Shown piece after piece: positions 8,995-19,791 of a DNA stretch of 60,282 nt. A program made the position numbers and the translations under genes. Numbering within the stretch: the stretch's first letter is position 1; every line of letters starts with the position of its first letter. Origin of the DNA: Burkholderiales bacterium (GTDB lineage Bacteria; Pseudomonadota; Gammaproteobacteria; Burkholderiales; Usitatibacteraceae); contig JANMHV010000458.1 of assembly GCA_031375445.1 (NCBI GenBank), positions 1 to 60,282 on the forward strand, given 5' to 3'. The notes beneath the pieces were generated by a model that saw nothing but the letters and a program-made list of their open reading frames with translations, was not told the DNA's origin and did no database searches.

Positions 8995-9681
8995 TCAGTC
9001 CTCATGCGTGATCGCCCCGGCGGAAATGTGGATCCGCCGGTCGCAACGCTTCGCCAGGTCCACATCGTGCGTCACCAGCACCAGCGTCGTCCCGCTCTCT
9101 CGGTTCATCTTGAACAGCAACTCGATGATGTGCTCTCCGGTGACCGAATCGAGGTTGCCCGTGGGCTCGTCGGCGAAGAGCAGCCGCGGCTCGGTCACGA
9201 AAGCCCGCGCCACCGCCACGCGCTGCTGCTCGCCCCCGGAGAGCTGGCGCGGGTAGTGGCCGAGGCGCTCGCCCAGGCCCACGCGCTCGAGCACCGCGCG
9301 GGCACGGCCCGACGCGTCGCCCCCGCCGTTCAATTCCAGGGGCAGCATCACGTTCTCCAGCGCGGTGAGCGCCGGCAAAAGCTGGAACGACTGGAACACG
9401 AAGCCCACCATCTGCCCGCGCAGGCGCGCCCGGCCATCCTCGTTCAGCGCGAACAGGTCCTCGCCCGCGATCGCCACCGTACCCGAAGACGGAACGTCGA
9501 GCCCGGCCAGCAATCCCAGCAGGGTGGACTTGCCCGAACCGGAGGCGCCAAGGATCGCCACCGACTCGCCGGCGCGCACCTCGAAGGCCGCGTCCCGTAC
9601 GATCGTCAGCACGTGGTCCGGAGTCTCGACTTGTTTGGTGAGGCCCTGAGCCTTCACAATCACCTGTTCCACCGCGCCCAT
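8995..9681 (-). CDS. ybbA: ABC transporter ATP-binding protein, YbbA-like
   Basis: GASGSGKST, LSGGEQQRVA, FADEPTGNLD; divergent from tesA as in the conserved tesA-ybbA-ybbP locus. Confidence 0.9.
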   Translation of the reverse strand: MGAVEQVIVKAQGLTKQVETPDHVLTIVRDAAFEVRAGESVAILGASGSGKSTLLGLLAGLDVPSSGTVAIAGEDLFALNEDGRARLRGQMVGFVFQSFQLLPALTALENVMLPLELNGGGDASGRARAVLERVGLGERLGHYPRQLSGGEQQRVAVARAFVTEPRLLFADEPTGNLDSVTGEHIIELLFKMNRESGTTLVLVTHDVDLAKRCDRRIHISAGAITHED

Positions 9682-9693
9682 CCCGCTCCCTTC

Positions 9694-10317
9694 GTGATCC
9701 GCAGAACCTTCCTCGCACTGATCCTGGCACTGGGCGCCGCCCATGCCCAGGCCGCGCCGCGCACGCTGCTCGTCTTCGGCGACAGCCTGTCCGCCGCCTA
9801 CGGCCTGCAGGCCAGCCAGGGGTGGGTCCACCTGCTCGGCGAGCGCATCGCGCGCTCGAAGCTTGCCTGGCACGTGGTGAACGGCAGCATCTCCGGCGAG
9901 ACCACCGCCGGGGGGCTACGCCGCCTGCCGGGCGACCTGAAGCGGCACAAGCCCGCCGTGGTGGTGATCGCACTTGGCGCCAACGACGCGCTGCGCGGGC
10001 AACCGATCGCGGCGATCCGCTCCAACCTGGAGCAGATGATCCGGCTGGCCCGCGCAGCGCGCGCGGAGCCGGTGCTCGTGGGCCTCATGATTCCTCCGAA
10101 TTATGGCATCGATTACGCGCGCGAGTTTCACGAGGCCTACGTGGAATTGGCGAAGGCCAACCGCGTGGCGCTGGTGCCGTTCCTCCTCGACGGCATCGGC
10201 GACAAGCCGGAGCTGTTCCAGGCCGACCAGCTGCACCCGGTGGCGAGCACCCAGCCGCGGGTGCTGGACAACGTATGGACCGTGCTGGAGCCCGTCCTGC
10301 GCAAGGCGCCGAAGTGA
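9694..10317 (+). CDS. tesA: Arylesterase/acyl-CoA thioesterase I (GDSL/SGNH family)
   Basis: GDSLSAAYG, SISGETT, LGANDALRG, QADQLHP; signal peptide after GTG 9694. Confidence 0.9.
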   Translation: MIRRTFLALILALGAAHAQAAPRTLLVFGDSLSAAYGLQASQGWVHLLGERIARSKLAWHVVNGSISGETTAGGLRRLPGDLKRHKPAVVVIALGANDALRGQPIAAIRSNLEQMIRLARAARAEPVLVGLMIPPNYGIDYAREFHEAYVELAKANRVALVPFLLDGIGDKPELFQADQLHPVASTQPRVLDNVWTVLEPVLRKAPK

Positions 10318-11402
10318 CCGAGCTGCCGCTGCACCGCGACCGCGCCGAGGCCTGGGTGGAGACGCCGTCCTCCCTGCAGGAGCTCCAGGCCTTCGACGCC
10401 ATCATCGATGCCCGCAGCCCCGCGGAGTTCGCCGAGGACCACCTGCCCGGAGCGATCAACGCGTCGGTGCTGGATGACGCGGAGCGCACCCTCATCGGTA
10501 CCGTGTACAAGCAGGAATCGGCCTTCGACGCGAAGCGGCTCGGCGCCCCGATCGCGGCCCGCAACGTGGCGCGCCACATCGAGGAGCTGTTCGCGGACCA
10601 GCCGCGCAACTGGCGGCCCCTGATCTACTGCTGGCGCGGAGGCGGCCGCTCCGGCGCCATGGCGCACATCCTGCGGCAGGTAGGCTGGAACGCCCATCGC
10701 CTCCGCGGCGGCTACAAGGCGTTCCGGCAGCAAGTGGTGAAGGACCTGGAGACGCTGCCCGAGCGGGTGCGCTTCCACGTGGTGTGCGGCGCTACCGGCA
10801 CCGGGAAGAGCCGCCTGCTGGAGTCGCTGGCCGGTGTGGGCGCCCAGGTCCTCGACCTCGAGGTGCTCGCCGCCCATCGGGGCTCGGTCCTGGGCGATCT
10901 TCCCGACGCGCCGCAGCCGAGCCAGAAATCCTTCGAGACCGGGATCTGGACCGCGCTCTCGGGTTTCGACCGCGCGCGCCCGGTGTACGTGGAGTCGGAG
11001 AGCCGCAAGGTGGGCAACCTGCGCGTTCCCGAAGCGCTCATCGCCTACATGCGCGCCGCGCGCTGCTTCCGCATCGAGGCCGATGCCGCCACGCGCGTGC
11101 GGCTGCTGATCGAGGATTACGAGCACTTCGTGAAGGACCCGGCAGCGCTCGCCGCCAAGCTGGACCATTTGAAAGACCTGCACGGCAAGGAGCGCATCGT
11201 CGCCTGGAAGGAGCACATGGCCGCGGGACGCTGGGAGGCGCTGGTGGCCGACTTGCTCGACAACCATTACGACCCGGCCTACCGGCGCTCGCTCTACCGC
11301 AATTACCGCGACGCGCAGGGCGCGGCGATCCTGCCCGTGGCCTCGGGCACCCGGGAGGAGTTCGGGGACCTCGCGCGCGCGCTGCTGCGCGAGCATGGAT
11401 AG
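10314..11402 (+). CDS. mnmH: tRNA 2-selenouridine synthase
   Basis: Rhodanese domain (DARSPAEF..DHLPGAIN, YCWRGGGRS) plus P-loop GATGTGKS, LA.HRGS, ESESRKVG; GTGA overlap with tesA. Confidence 0.92.
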   Translation: MTELPLHRDRAEAWVETPSSLQELQAFDAIIDARSPAEFAEDHLPGAINASVLDDAERTLIGTVYKQESAFDAKRLGAPIAARNVARHIEELFADQPRNWRPLIYCWRGGGRSGAMAHILRQVGWNAHRLRGGYKAFRQQVVKDLETLPERVRFHVVCGATGTGKSRLLESLAGVGAQVLDLEVLAAHRGSVLGDLPDAPQPSQKSFETGIWTALSGFDRARPVYVESESRKVGNLRVPEALIAYMRAARCFRIEADAATRVRLLIEDYEHFVKDPAALAAKLDHLKDLHGKERIVAWKEHMAAGRWEALVADLLDNHYDPAYRRSLYRNYRDAQGAAILPVASGTREEFGDLARALLREHG

Positions 11403-11449
11403 GGACGATCGGTTAAACTCCGGAAAACAAAAGAGAATCGCGCAACGAC

Positions 11450-12736
11450 GTGCAACGCCCCTCGAAAATCGGCAAATACAACATCCTCTCGGACCTCGGG
11501 CAGGGTGCCTCTGCCGACGTCTACCTCGCTGAAGACCCGTTCAACGACCGCCAGGTCGCGGTCAAGGTCCACAAGACCGATGCCGACATGGGCGAGGAGG
11601 AAGCCAAGCGCTTCGAGAAGCTCTTCCTCAACGAAGCCTCGCTCGCCGGGAAGCTCAACCACCCCAACATCGTCGGCGTGTACGACGCGGTCTTCGACGG
11701 CGACCTGCGCTACATCGTGATGGAGTACGTGCCGGGGGGTTCGCTCAAGAAGTTCTGCACCGAGACCAACCTGCTGCCGGTGCGCCAGGCGGTGCTGGTG
11801 ATCTTCAAGATGTGCCGGGCGCTCGACTACGCGTTCCAGAACGGCGTGATCCATCGCGACATCAAGCCCGCCAACATCCTGTTGAGCGAGCGCGACGACA
11901 TCAAGATCAGCGACTTCGGCACCGCCAAGATCTCCCACGCCACCCACACCCAGATCGACGGCTTCCTCGGCTCCCCGGCGTACATGTCGCCCGAGCAGAT
12001 CAACGAGGAAGGCCCTAGCGTGCAGTCGGACATCTGGTCGCTGGGTGTCGTGATGTACGAGCTGCTCGTCGGCAAGCTGCCGTTCCGCGCCGAGAACTCG
12101 GTGCAGATGATCAACAAGATCCTGAACGAGGACCCGTTGCCCATCGAGCAGCTGCGCCCCGACCTCCCCGAGAAGCTGGTGGAGATCGTGAAGCGCGCGA
12201 TGCACAAGGATCCCAAGATCCGCTACGCCTCGTGGTTCGAGATGGCGAGCGAGCTCGCCAACACCTTCCCGCAGCTCGAGCGCTACTCCCACGAGATCAG
12301 CTCGACCGAGAAATTCAACAAGCTGCGCTCGCTGCCGTTCTTCCGCGAGTTCCGCGACGCGGAGCTGTGGGAGGTGCTGCGCGGCGCCGTGTGGGAGCAG
12401 CACGCCCGCGACGAGAACCTGCTGCTGGAAGGCGAGGTCGGCCAGGCCTTCTTCATCATCGTGGGCGGGCAGGTGAAGGTCGTGAAGGACGGCAAGCTGC
12501 TGAACGTGCTGAAAGAGGGCGACTGCTTCGGCGAGATGGCTTACCTCTCGGGCGACCGCGCCCGGCGCTCGGCCTCGATCATCTCGGTCTCTGAAGTGTC
12601 GCTGCTCAAGATCCAGGCCACACACCTCGAGGGGCTTTCCGAGGGCTGCCAGCTGCGCTTCAACCGCGAGTTCCTGCGCACGTTGATCGAGCGGCTCACG
12701 TGGACTTCTTCGGTGCTGGCGCAGTTCCGGCGGTGA
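11450..12736 (+). CDS. Hanks-type Ser/Thr protein kinase with C-terminal cyclic-nucleotide-binding domain
   Basis: VAVK, HRDIKPANIL, DFG, YMSPEQ, SDIWSLG; C-terminal GDCFGEMAYL..RRSAS cassette; no TM segment. Confidence 0.9.
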   Translation: MQRPSKIGKYNILSDLGQGASADVYLAEDPFNDRQVAVKVHKTDADMGEEEAKRFEKLFLNEASLAGKLNHPNIVGVYDAVFDGDLRYIVMEYVPGGSLKKFCTETNLLPVRQAVLVIFKMCRALDYAFQNGVIHRDIKPANILLSERDDIKISDFGTAKISHATHTQIDGFLGSPAYMSPEQINEEGPSVQSDIWSLGVVMYELLVGKLPFRAENSVQMINKILNEDPLPIEQLRPDLPEKLVEIVKRAMHKDPKIRYASWFEMASELANTFPQLERYSHEISSTEKFNKLRSLPFFREFRDAELWEVLRGAVWEQHARDENLLLEGEVGQAFFIIVGGQVKVVKDGKLLNVLKEGDCFGEMAYLSGDRARRSASIISVSEVSLLKIQATHLEGLSEGCQLRFNREFLRTLIERLTWTSSVLAQFRR

Positions 12737-12748
12737 TACCCCAAAAGC

Positions 12749-12909
12749 CACCACAAAGGACACCAAGGAGCACAAAGGTCCACAAAGGAAAACAAGGGCA
12801 GGTCGAACGCCATGTCCTGCGTCGGTGATTCGCGATCAACTCGCTGATCCTGAACCCTTCGTTTGCTTTCCTTTGTGGACCTTTGTGCTCCTTCGTGTCC
12901 TTCGTGTTG
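12749..12909. repeat. Long palindromic element B (43-bp arms, 3 mismatches)
   Basis: Arms 12749-12791 and 12867-12909; same family as element A; between convergent genes. Confidence 0.93.
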
Positions 12910-12921
12910 AAGCTTTAGTTC

Positions 12922-13974
12922 CTAAAACAAAGTCACGTCGCGGCTGGGCACCACCCCCGCGGTGAGTTCACCCTCCTCCACCAGCTGCTCCCAGAAGCAC
13001 ACGCGATTGCGCCCGTGCTCCTTGGCGAAATACACGGCGCTGTCGGCCCGGTCGATCAGCATCGCGGTGGGATCCAGCGGCTCGGTGATGCGCGTGTAGC
13101 CGATGCTCACCGTGACGCGTCCCACGCCGGGGAAGTTGTAGTTCTCCACCGCCGCGCGAAAGCGCTCGAGGGTGCTGCCGCCGCCGTACACCGGGTCCAC
13201 GCCGTAGATCAGCACGAACTCCTCGCCGCCGAAGCGGTACAGCAGGTCGCCCGCGCGGAAGGTCTTGCGCAGCAAATTAGCGAAGTGCACCAGGATCTCG
13301 TCGCCGTAGAGGTGGCCGAAGGTGTCGTTCACCCGCTTGAAGTTGTCGATGTCGAGCATCGCGAAGTAGTACTGGCGGTCCGACGCCGTCCAGCGCCGGA
13401 TCCCGGCATCCACGTGGGAATGGAATACGCCCCGGTTGGCGAGCCGGGTGAGCGGATCCGTCTCCGCGTCCACCAGGCGCTCGTAGTATTTGGCCGCGAT
13501 GGCCAGCAGCGAAGCCAGGCGCGTGTCGTGCGCCGCCTCGCGCACGTCGCCGAAAAGCTCGATGAGGTAGCGCGCCTCGCCGAGCGTCTCGAAGACCGCC
13601 AGCAGGCGCGCGCCGCCGTCCCAGGGCGCCACCGTCAACGGCCGGCGCGAGCGGATCGCCTCGGCAAGCGCCGTGTCCACGCCGATCGGCACCGGCGCCT
13701 CCACCTTTTGGGGGTCGGCGATCGAGTAGGCGTCGTAGGCGAGCTCCTTGATGCGTGCCGCCTTGGCCGGGTACACGCGCAGCACCCGCCGGCGGGCACC
13801 GGGGTACCAGCCGCCGATACGCTCGGCGACCCAGGAGGGAAGCCGGTCGCTGGCGCGCACCTGGAGCATCTCGAGGACGTCGGTGGTCACGCCCTCCTTG
13901 CCCAATGCAGGCTCCTCGTTCGCGAATTCGTCGATTGCCATGGCCGGCTCCGGCATTCTCCCCTCCCCGCTCAT
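12922..13974 (-). CDS. Diguanylate cyclase (GGDEF domain)
   Basis: [28 protein letters not shown]-site, RFGGEEF; ATGA overlap with ispF. Confidence 0.9.
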   Translation of the reverse strand: MSGEGRMPEPAMAIDEFANEEPALGKEGVTTDVLEMLQVRASDRLPSWVAERIGGWYPGARRRVLRVYPAKAARIKELAYDAYSIADPQKVEAPVPIGVDTALAEAIRSRRPLTVAPWDGGARLLAVFETLGEARYLIELFGDVREAAHDTRLASLLAIAAKYYERLVDAETDPLTRLANRGVFHSHVDAGIRRWTASDRQYYFAMLDIDNFKRVNDTFGHLYGDEILVHFANLLRKTFRAGDLLYRFGGEEFVLIYGVDPVYGGGSTLERFRAAVENYNFPGVGRVTVSIGYTRITEPLDPTAMLIDRADSAVYFAKEHGRNRVCFWEQLVEEGELTAGVVPSRDVTLF

Positions 13975-14438
13975 TCGACCAGGCAGATCGCCTGGGCGGC
14001 GATGCCCTCGCCGCGGCCGGTGAATCCCAGCCCCTCGGTGGTGGTCGCCTTCACGTTGACGCTGTCCGGGTCGAGCCCCAGGTCCGAGGCGATGTGCGCA
14101 ACCATGGCCGGGATGTGGGGCGCCATGCGGGGCGCCTGGGCGATGATAGTGGCATCGACGTTGACGACGCGATACCCCCGCCCGGTTAACAAATGCGCGA
14201 CGTGGCGCAGGAGCTGGCGGCTGTCGATGCCCTGGTAGCGTGCGTCGGTATCCGGAAAATGCTTGCCGATATCGCCGAGGGCCGCCGCGCCCAGCAGCGC
14301 ATCGCAGATGGCGTGCAGCAGGACATCGGCATCGCTATGGCCCAGCAACCCCTTGTCGTGGGCGATCTCGACGCCGCCGATCACCAGCTTGCGGCCGGCG
14401 ACCAACGCGTGCACGTCGAAGCCCTGGCCGACCCTCAC
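13971..14438 (-). CDS. ispF: 2-C-methyl-D-erythritol 2,4-cyclodiphosphate synthase
   Basis: [32 protein letters not shown]. Confidence 0.96.
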   Translation of the reverse strand: MRVGQGFDVHALVAGRKLVIGGVEIAHDKGLLGHSDADVLLHAICDALLGAAALGDIGKHFPDTDARYQGIDSRQLLRHVAHLLTGRGYRVVNVDATIIAQAPRMAPHIPAMVAHIASDLGLDPDSVNVKATTTEGLGFTGRGEGIAAQAICLVE

Positions 14439-14439
14439 T

Positions 14440-15141
14440 TCAGGTGTCCGCCTTGTCGCCGAGCTTGAGGATCATCTCGGCCAGCTGCAGGTCCTCCGCG
14501 AAGGTGACCTTGATGTTGAGGTTCTCGCCCTGCACCAGGCGCGGGGCGCTGTAGCCGATGGCTTCCACCGCCTGGGACTCGTCGGTGGAGTCGGGCTTCT
14601 TCGCGAGGCCGCGGCGCAGCAGCTGGTAGCGGAACATCTGCGGGGTCTGCGCGCGCCACAGGTTCAGCCGCGGGATGGTGGCGGCGACGCGCAGGTTCTC
14701 GTCGCTGCTCTTCAGTGTGTCGGCGAGCGGCATGGAGAGGAGCCCGCCCACGGGATCGTCGCCGATCTCGTCGAGGAACTGCTCCACCAGCTCCTTCTGG
14801 ATGCAGGGGCGCGCGGCGTCGTGCACCATCACCCAATCGTCCGCGGCGATGCGGCTTTCCAGGTGCGCGAGGGATTTGCTCACCGTTTCCGCGCGCGCGG
14901 CGCCGCCGCAGAAGATCGCCTCGATCTTGTCGGGCAGCGAGCTCCAGTCGTAGGCGCCCCAGTGGCGGTCCATCGGAGAGAGCACCACGAACACGCGCTC
15001 CACCCGCGGCACCGAGGCCAGCGCCTCGATGGAGTGGAACATCATCGGCTTGCCCGCCACGGGAATGTACTGTTTCGGGAGCGCGTCCCCGATGCGCGTG
15101 CCCTGTCCGGCGGCGAGCACGAAGGCGAAGACTTTTGGCAT
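14440..15141 (-). CDS. ispD: 2-C-methyl-D-erythritol 4-phosphate cytidylyltransferase
   Basis: [30 protein letters not shown]. Confidence 0.95.
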   Translation of the reverse strand: MPKVFAFVLAAGQGTRIGDALPKQYIPVAGKPMMFHSIEALASVPRVERVFVVLSPMDRHWGAYDWSSLPDKIEAIFCGGAARAETVSKSLAHLESRIAADDWVMVHDAARPCIQKELVEQFLDEIGDDPVGGLLSMPLADTLKSSDENLRVAATIPRLNLWRAQTPQMFRYQLLRRGLAKKPDSTDESQAVEAIGYSAPRLVQGENLNIKVTFAEDLQLAEMILKLGDKADT

Positions 15142-15167
15142 GCGCGATTATCACCGATAATGACTCC

Positions 15168-16574
15168 ATGACGGCGCGGCGAATCCTGAGTTTGCTGTTC
15201 GCTTGCCTCGCCGCCGGTTGCGCGGAGCCGCCGCGGCCGGTGCCCCCGATCGCGCAGTCCGGCGAGGTGGTAATCCTTACGGTCAACGGGCCCGCCACCT
15301 ACTTCGAGGACGCGCAGGGCCAGGCCTCGGGATTCGAGTTCGACCTTGGCACGCTCTTCGCCCGCGAGCTGGGCGTGAGGGCGCGCTTCGTCATGGCGGA
15401 GAGCCCTGCGCGCATCGATCGCATGCTGCGGGATGGTCAGGCCCACCTCGCCGCCGCCGCCCTGGTGCGCCACTTCGATTTCCCCGGCGGCCTCGCCTGG
15501 GGCCCTTCCTACTTCGCCATCCAGCACCAGGTGGTGTTCCGCGCCAGCGAACCCAAGCCACGGTCGCTCGCCGAGATCGCCGGGCGCCGCGTCGGGGTCA
15601 TCGAGGAGACGGTCGCCGAATACCTGCTCTCGGTGCCCTCGAAGCTCCCGGTGGCGCTGGAGAGCCTGCCGCCCGCCACCTCCACCGCCGACCTGCTGGA
15701 AAAGGTGGCCCACGGCAAGCTGGATTACGCGATGGTGGAGTCGAACCGCTTCACGCTCGCGCGGCGCCATTTTCCCGAGCTCGATGTCGCATTCAACGTG
15801 GGCAAGCCCATCGAGTACGCGTGGCTCGTCTCGGCGATCGAGAAGCGGCGCATCCTCGCCGCGGCCGGTCCTTTCTTCGCGCGCATCGCGAAGGACGGGA
15901 CGCTCAAGCGCCTGGTCGACCGCTATTACGGGCACGCCGCGCGCATGACGGCAATCGATTCCGTCACGCTGCTGGAACGCACGGTCACGGTGCTGCCGGC
16001 GCTAAAGCCCCACTTCCAGGAAGCCGAGCGCGTCTCCGGCATCGATTGGCGGCTCATCGCGGCCATCGGCTACCAGGAGTCGCACTGGGACGCGACCGCC
16101 ACCTCGCCCACCGGAGTCCGCGGGCTGATGATGCTCACCGACGAGACCGCCGCGCGCCTCGAGGTGAAGAACCGGCTCGATGCGCGCGAGAGCATCATCG
16201 GCGGCGCCCGCTACTTCGCCCTCCTCAAGGAAGCGCTGTCGCCGAAGATCGAGGAGCCCGACCGCAGCTTCCTGGGGCTCGCCGCCTACAACCTGGGGCT
16301 GGGGCACCTCGAGGACGCGCGCATCCTCACGCAGCGCGCCGGCCTCGACCCGAACAAGTGGCAGGACGTGCGCCAGGTGATCGGGAAGCTCGCCGACCCG
16401 GATGTTTTCCAGACGCTCAAGCACGGCTACGCGCGCGGATTCGAGGCGATGCAGCTGGTGGACAACGTGCGCAATTACTACGAGATCCTGGAGCGCAACG
16501 CCCCGCGGGAGCTGGCGCTACCGTCTCCCGGCAGCCCTCAGAGCGCCTCGAAGGACGCGCCCGCGGGCAAGTGA
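15168..16574 (+). CDS. mltF: Membrane-bound lytic murein transglycosylase F
   Basis: Lipobox LAAGC, PBP domain, SLT motifs YQESHW, GVRGLMML, AAYNLG, YARG.EA. Confidence 0.92.
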   Translation: MTARRILSLLFACLAAGCAEPPRPVPPIAQSGEVVILTVNGPATYFEDAQGQASGFEFDLGTLFARELGVRARFVMAESPARIDRMLRDGQAHLAAAALVRHFDFPGGLAWGPSYFAIQHQVVFRASEPKPRSLAEIAGRRVGVIEETVAEYLLSVPSKLPVALESLPPATSTADLLEKVAHGKLDYAMVESNRFTLARRHFPELDVAFNVGKPIEYAWLVSAIEKRRILAAAGPFFARIAKDGTLKRLVDRYYGHAARMTAIDSVTLLERTVTVLPALKPHFQEAERVSGIDWRLIAAIGYQESHWDATATSPTGVRGLMMLTDETAARLEVKNRLDARESIIGGARYFALLKEALSPKIEEPDRSFLGLAAYNLGLGHLEDARILTQRAGLDPNKWQDVRQVIGKLADPDVFQTLKHGYARGFEAMQLVDNVRNYYEILERNAPRELALPSPGSPQSASKDAPAGK

Positions 16575-17170
16575 GACACGTCGCTCCAGGCCTCGACCGT
16601 CCAAGCGCCGCGGTCGAAGGCGAGCGCGTTGTACGAGGCATTCTTGATCGGGATCGGCCGCGGCAGCGCGATCGGGATGCCGTGGATCACGCGGTAGAGC
16701 ATCGCGAGCACCCCGCCGTGGCTCACCACCGCGAGGCGCTTGCCGGGGTTCTCCGCCGCGAGCGCCTCGAAGGCGCCCTTCACCCGGCCGTGGAACTCGC
16801 GCCGCGTCTCGCCGCCGGGCACCTGGAAATCGGGATCGACCTCGCGCACGCTGGAGAAGACGTCCGGATACTGGTGGTCGAGCTCGCCATAGGTGAGGCC
16901 CTGGCACTCGCCGAAGCAACGCTCGCGGATGCGCGCATCGCGCTCCACCTCGTGGCCGGTGGCTTCCGCGATATGGCGAGCGGTCTCGAGCGCGCGGCCC
17001 AGGTCGCTCGCGATCAGGCGGTCGAACCTCTCGCCTCGCATCCGTTCGGCGAGCGCGCGCGCCTGCGCGATGCCGGCGGGGGTGAGGTCGCTGTCCTCGT
17101 GGCCCTGGATGCGGGCCTCGAGGTTCCAGAAGGTCTCGCCGTGGCGCAGCACCACGAAGCGCGTGGTCAC
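16538..17170 (-). CDS. Histidine phosphatase family protein (GpmB-like)
   Basis: LRHGET.WN, SDLGRA.ETA, PGGET, VSHGG. Confidence 0.9.
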   Translation of the reverse strand: MTTRFVVLRHGETFWNLEARIQGHEDSDLTPAGIAQARALAERMRGERFDRLIASDLGRALETARHIAEATGHEVERDARIRERCFGECQGLTYGELDHQYPDVFSSVREVDPDFQVPGGETRREFHGRVKGAFEALAAENPGKRLAVVSHGGVLAMLYRVIHGIPIALPRPIPIKNASYNALAFDRGAWTVEAWSDVSHLPAGASFEAL

Positions 17171-18444
17171 GCGCTGTCGAGGCGCTCGACACCCCCCATG
17201 AAGGCAACGAGCGCCTTCGGCACCGTGACGGAACCGTCGGCCTGCTGGTAGTTCTCGAGCACGGCCACGAGGGTGCGACCCACGGCAAGGCCCGAGCCGT
17301 TCACCGTGTGCAGCGCCTGCACCTTCCCCTTGTCGTCACGGTATCTCGCCTGCATGCGGCGCGCCTGGAAGGCCTCGAAGTTGGAGCACGACGAGATCTC
17401 GCGGTAGGCGTCCTGCGCCGGCAGCCACACCTCGAGGTCGTAGGTGCGCGCGCTGGCGAACCCGATGTCGCCGGTGCAGAGCGCCATGGTGCGATACGGC
17501 AGCTCCAGCCGCTTGAGGATCTCCTCGGCGTGGAGCGTGAGCTGCTCGTGGGCCGCGGCCGAGTCCTCGGGCTTCATGATCTGCACCAGCTCGACCTTGT
17601 CGAACTGGTGGTTGCGGATCATGCCGCGCGTGTCCTTGCCGTAGCTGCCCGCCTCCGAGCGGAAGCACGGGCTATGGGCGGTGAAGCGCATCGGCAGGTC
17701 CTTCGCGTCGACGATCGAGTCGCGCACGAAGTTGGTTACCGGGTATTCCGCGGTCGGGATCAGGTACAGGTCGCGCCCCTCGAGCTTGAAGAGGTCGTCC
17801 TTGAACTTGGCGAGGCTGGAGACACCGTCCGCGCACTCCCCGCTCACCATGTAGGGCACGTAGACCTCGGTGTAGCCGTGCTCGCCGGTATGCACCGAGA
17901 GCATGAACTGGGAAAGCGCCCGGTGCAGGCGCGCGACCCCGCCCTTCAGCACCACGAAGCGCGCGCCGGCGAGCTTGGACGCCGTGTCGAAATCGATGCC
18001 GCCGCCCAGGCCCGCACCCACGTCCACATGGTCCCTGGGAGCGAAATCGAACTTGCGCGGCGTGCCCCAGCGGCGCACCTCGACGTTGTCGTCGGCGGAC
18101 TTGCCGTCCGGCACGTCGGCGCGCGGGATGTTGGGGATGACTCGCAGGAATGCGGTGAGCTTCTCCTGGAGTGCGGCCAGCGCGGTCTCGTTGGTTTTCA
18201 GCTCCTCGCCAATGCCCCCCACCTCCGCCAGCACCGCGGAGGCATCCTCGCCCTTGCCCTTCAGCATGCCCACCTGCCTGGAGAGCGTGTTGCGCTTGCC
18301 CTGCAATTCCTCGGTGCGGGACTGGAGCTTCTTCCGCTCGTCCTCGAGTGCGCGAAACGTGGCCTCGTCGAAGTCGAACTTGCGACGTTTCAGGCCCGCG
18401 ATGGCGGCGGGAAGGTCTTTTCTCAGGAGTTGGATATCGAGCAT
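17167..18444 (-). CDS. serS: Seryl-tRNA synthetase
   Basis: [40 protein letters not shown]. Confidence 0.97.
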   Translation of the reverse strand: MLDIQLLRKDLPAAIAGLKRRKFDFDEATFRALEDERKKLQSRTEELQGKRNTLSRQVGMLKGKGEDASAVLAEVGGIGEELKTNETALAALQEKLTAFLRVIPNIPRADVPDGKSADDNVEVRRWGTPRKFDFAPRDHVDVGAGLGGGIDFDTASKLAGARFVVLKGGVARLHRALSQFMLSVHTGEHGYTEVYVPYMVSGECADGVSSLAKFKDDLFKLEGRDLYLIPTAEYPVTNFVRDSIVDAKDLPMRFTAHSPCFRSEAGSYGKDTRGMIRNHQFDKVELVQIMKPEDSAAAHEQLTLHAEEILKRLELPYRTMALCTGDIGFASARTYDLEVWLPAQDAYREISSCSNFEAFQARRMQARYRDDKGKVQALHTVNGSGLAVGRTLVAVLENYQQADGSVTVPKALVAFMGGVERLDSA

Positions 18445-18448
18445 GGCG

Positions 18449-19762
18449 TCATTTTATCTTCTTCGAACCGGAGTCCAGCGAGCGCAGGTGCTCGAGCTTC
18501 TCGCGGATCTTGCCCTCGAGCCCGCGGCCGGTGGGCTGGTACCAGTTCGGCCGCTCCATGCCGTCGGGGAAATAGTTCTCGCCGGCGGCGTAACCCTCGT
18601 CCTCGTCGTGGGCGTAGCGGTAGTCCTTTCCGTAGCCCAGGTTCTTCATGAGCTTCGTGGGCGCGTTGCGGATGTGCAGCGGCACCGGGCGCGTTCCATC
18701 CTGGGCCACGAAGGCGCGTGCTGCGTTGTACGCGGTGTAGACCGCGTTCGATTTCGCGGCAACCGCGAGGTAGATCACCGCCTCGGCCAGCGCCAGCTCG
18801 CCTTCGGGGGAACCCAGGCGCTCGTAGACGGCGGCCGCGTTCATGCAGATCTCCAGCGCGCGCGGATCGGCGAGCCCGATGTCCTCGCTCGCCATGCGGA
18901 TGATGCGGCGGGCGAGATAGCGCGGATCCATGCCGCCATCGAGCATGCGCACGAACCAGTAGAGCGCGGCGTCCGGGTCGCTGCCGCGGACACTCTTGTG
19001 CAGCGCCGAGATCTGGTCGTAGAAATTCTCGCCGCCCTTGTCGAAGCGCCGCCCGGCGCGCTGCGACACGGCGTTCACGAAGTCGACGTCCACGCCCCTC
19101 TTGCCCTCGACGCGGGCGGCCTGGATCACCTGCTCGGCGAGGTTCAGCGCCCGGCGCCCGTCGCCGTCGGCGAATTCCGCGATGCGCGCGCGGGCATCCG
19201 AAGTGGAATCGACCATCTCGCTCTCGAAGCCGCGCTCGATCAGCGTGTCGAGGTCGGCGGGCTTCAAGCTCTCGAGTACGTACACCTGGGCGCGCGAGAG
19301 CAAGGCGCCATTCACCTCGAAGGACGGATTCTCGGTGGTGGCGCCGATGAAGGTCAGCAGACCCGACTCCACGTGGGGCAGGAAGGCATCCTGCTGCGAC
19401 TTGTTGAAGCGGTGCACCTCGTCCACGAACATGATGGTGGAGCGGCTGTACTGGTCGCGGGTGAGGCGTGCGCGCTCCACGGCCTCGCGGATTTCCTTCA
19501 CCCCGGCCAGCACCGCCGAGATGGCGATGAACTCCGCGTTGAAGGCGCTCGCCATGAGGCGCGCCAGTGTCGTCTTGCCCACGCCCGGCGGGCCCCAAAG
19601 GATCATCGAGTGCGGCCGTCCCGAGCGCAGCGCGATGTCGAGCGGCTTGCCCTCCCCCAGCAAATGGCGCTGCCCCACGACTTCGGCGACGGTCTTGGGG
19701 CGCAGGCGCTCGGCGAGGGGGACGTGCGCCTCGCCGGCGGCGTTGAAGAGATCCCGTTCCAT
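18449..19762 (-). CDS. rarA: Replication-associated recombination protein A (MgsA)
   Basis: [43 protein letters not shown]; alternative start 19771. Confidence 0.95.
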   Translation of the reverse strand: MERDLFNAAGEAHVPLAERLRPKTVAEVVGQRHLLGEGKPLDIALRSGRPHSMILWGPPGVGKTTLARLMASAFNAEFIAISAVLAGVKEIREAVERARLTRDQYSRSTIMFVDEVHRFNKSQQDAFLPHVESGLLTFIGATTENPSFEVNGALLSRAQVYVLESLKPADLDTLIERGFESEMVDSTSDARARIAEFADGDGRRALNLAEQVIQAARVEGKRGVDVDFVNAVSQRAGRRFDKGGENFYDQISALHKSVRGSDPDAALYWFVRMLDGGMDPRYLARRIIRMASEDIGLADPRALEICMNAAAVYERLGSPEGELALAEAVIYLAVAAKSNAVYTAYNAARAFVAQDGTRPVPLHIRNAPTKLMKNLGYGKDYRYAHDEDEGYAAGENYFPDGMERPNWYQPTGRGLEGKIREKLEHLRSLDSGSKKIK

Positions 19763-19791
19763 GGGCTCCATTCTAGGGCCCGGCCCGACGC

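Noticed and set aside
16538-16574. 37-nt convergent overlap of mltF and the phosphatase gene
   Set aside because: Short tail-to-tail overlaps are common in GC-rich genomes; no sign of special function.
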